DNA of 63,993 nucleotides, filler included, from Dimargaris cristalligena (lineage: Eukaryota), in NCBI GenBank assembly GCA_003614675.1. It is 4 parts of 4 records of this genome, joined end to end, with 100 filler letters (N's around TTAATTAATTAA, not from the genome) between each part and the next. Parts side by side here need not be neighbours in the genome. Positions count along the whole stretch, not along the records: positions 50,793 to 63,993 come from ML003002.1; 3 more parts are not named here. One strand, given 5' to 3'. Below the pieces are notes generated by a model. It was given only the letters and a program-made list of their open reading frames with translations. It had not been told where the DNA came from and made no database searches. The stretch's first letter is position 1. Each line of letters opens with the position of its first letter. Shown piece by piece: positions 63,279 through 63,993 of the stretch. The position numbers and the translations under genes are program-made.

Positions 63279-63993
63279 TTACAAATGGTAGGCTTCAATA
63301 TACCATTTATCGGGGATGTCTGCAGCCATTATGTTCAATCCACCCAACCGACTCTGGAGCGCCGCCAAAGGTACCACTGTATAAAGATTACCGTCCGGGC
63401 CCAAACTTAAGAACTGGTCGTTGATGAAGGGCAAGCCCGGGGGAGATGATGATCCAGCATGGATTCTAGTTTTAGGCCACTGCTGGCGAAGGAACCTGGT
63501 GGCCGCATCCTCCAAACCCATTTTCGAAACCAGGCTCAAGAACCTCCGTTGGTATTCCGCAGCCGAGCGACCATGTTCATCACCCAGGTGGTGGTATTCG
63601 AAGGTCACTAAGGGACGCAACCACTTGAGGGGCTCCTCCTGCTTCAAAATAGCGGCCAGCGTAGCCACAAAGCGGGCGTGCTGGCCGACTAAGACCGCTC
63701 GCGGCGACGACGACGACGACGGCTCATCCCCTTGACTAGGGGCCGGATCCGAAAAAGTTACCAACGCCCGGGCCTCCGTAAAGTAAGTCCGAATACGATC
63801 CCAGTCCCCCTGGCGACCTAGTTTCCACAGGGCCGTCGGAATCACCCGGTCCACGACCGTCGGTATGACCAGCTGGGCCGTGGCATAATCCAACTCCCGC
63901 CGACTAAGATCCTGTCTCAGCAGGGCGATAATGGAGGAGGAGTAGGAGGAGAAGGGGGGGTATTCGAGGCCAATTTGCGCGGCAGACAGGTAA
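63279..63993 (-). CDS. C-terminal part of a paralog of 59345-60891 (runs off the window end)
   Basis: AQLVIPTVVDRVIPTALWKL vs AQVIIPVVVDRIITTALWRL; GQHARFVATLAA identical; GLPFINDQFL..GNLYTVVP vs GLPYLNNEYM..GNLHTTVP. Confidence 0.8.
   Translation of the reverse strand, partial: YLSAAQIGLEYPPFSSYSSSIIALLRQDLSRRELDYATAQLVIPTVVDRVIPTALWKLGRQGDWDRIRTYFTEARALVTFSDPAPSQGDEPSSSSSPRAVLVGQHARFVATLAAILKQEEPLKWLRPLVTFEYHHLGDEHGRSAAEYQRRFLSLVSKMGLEDAATRFLRQQWPKTRIHAGSSSPPGLPFINDQFLSLGPDGNLYTVVPLAALQSRLGGLNIMAADIPDKWYIEAYHL

Overview
Eukaryotic (fungal) genomic DNA with GT-AG introns and a Zn2Cys6 transcription factor. Gene content and the lineage-specific secreted families suggest an early-diverging, possibly mycoparasitic fungus (Dimargaris-like Zoopagomycota; inference only). 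Three artificial 100-nt N-spacers containing TTAATTAATTAA (16847-16946, 33784-33883, 50693-50792) join four contigs. Conserved genes: PRELI/Ups2-like lipid transfer protein, O-GlcNAc transferase (5'-truncated), Rtg2-like Ppx/GppA protein, polyQ Zn2Cys6 TF, a DDIAS-like OB-fold/Zn-ribbon gene (found by splicing two ORFs), ELO elongase, universal stress protein and a partial tRNA-Ala(AGC). Accessory content: a head-to-head inverted pair of F-box/LRR-like genes flanked by a ~1.6-kb direct duplication that carries a conotoxin-like Cys-rich prepropeptide gene (one copy intact, one destroyed by C>T/G>A hypermutation that appears to spread from an adjacent LTR-like relic); a signal peptide + F-box effector candidate; a divergent family of secreted 350-460 aa proteins sharing an FPL motif; a hevein-like peptide; a three-copy MITE-like element; and CpG-free repeat relics.
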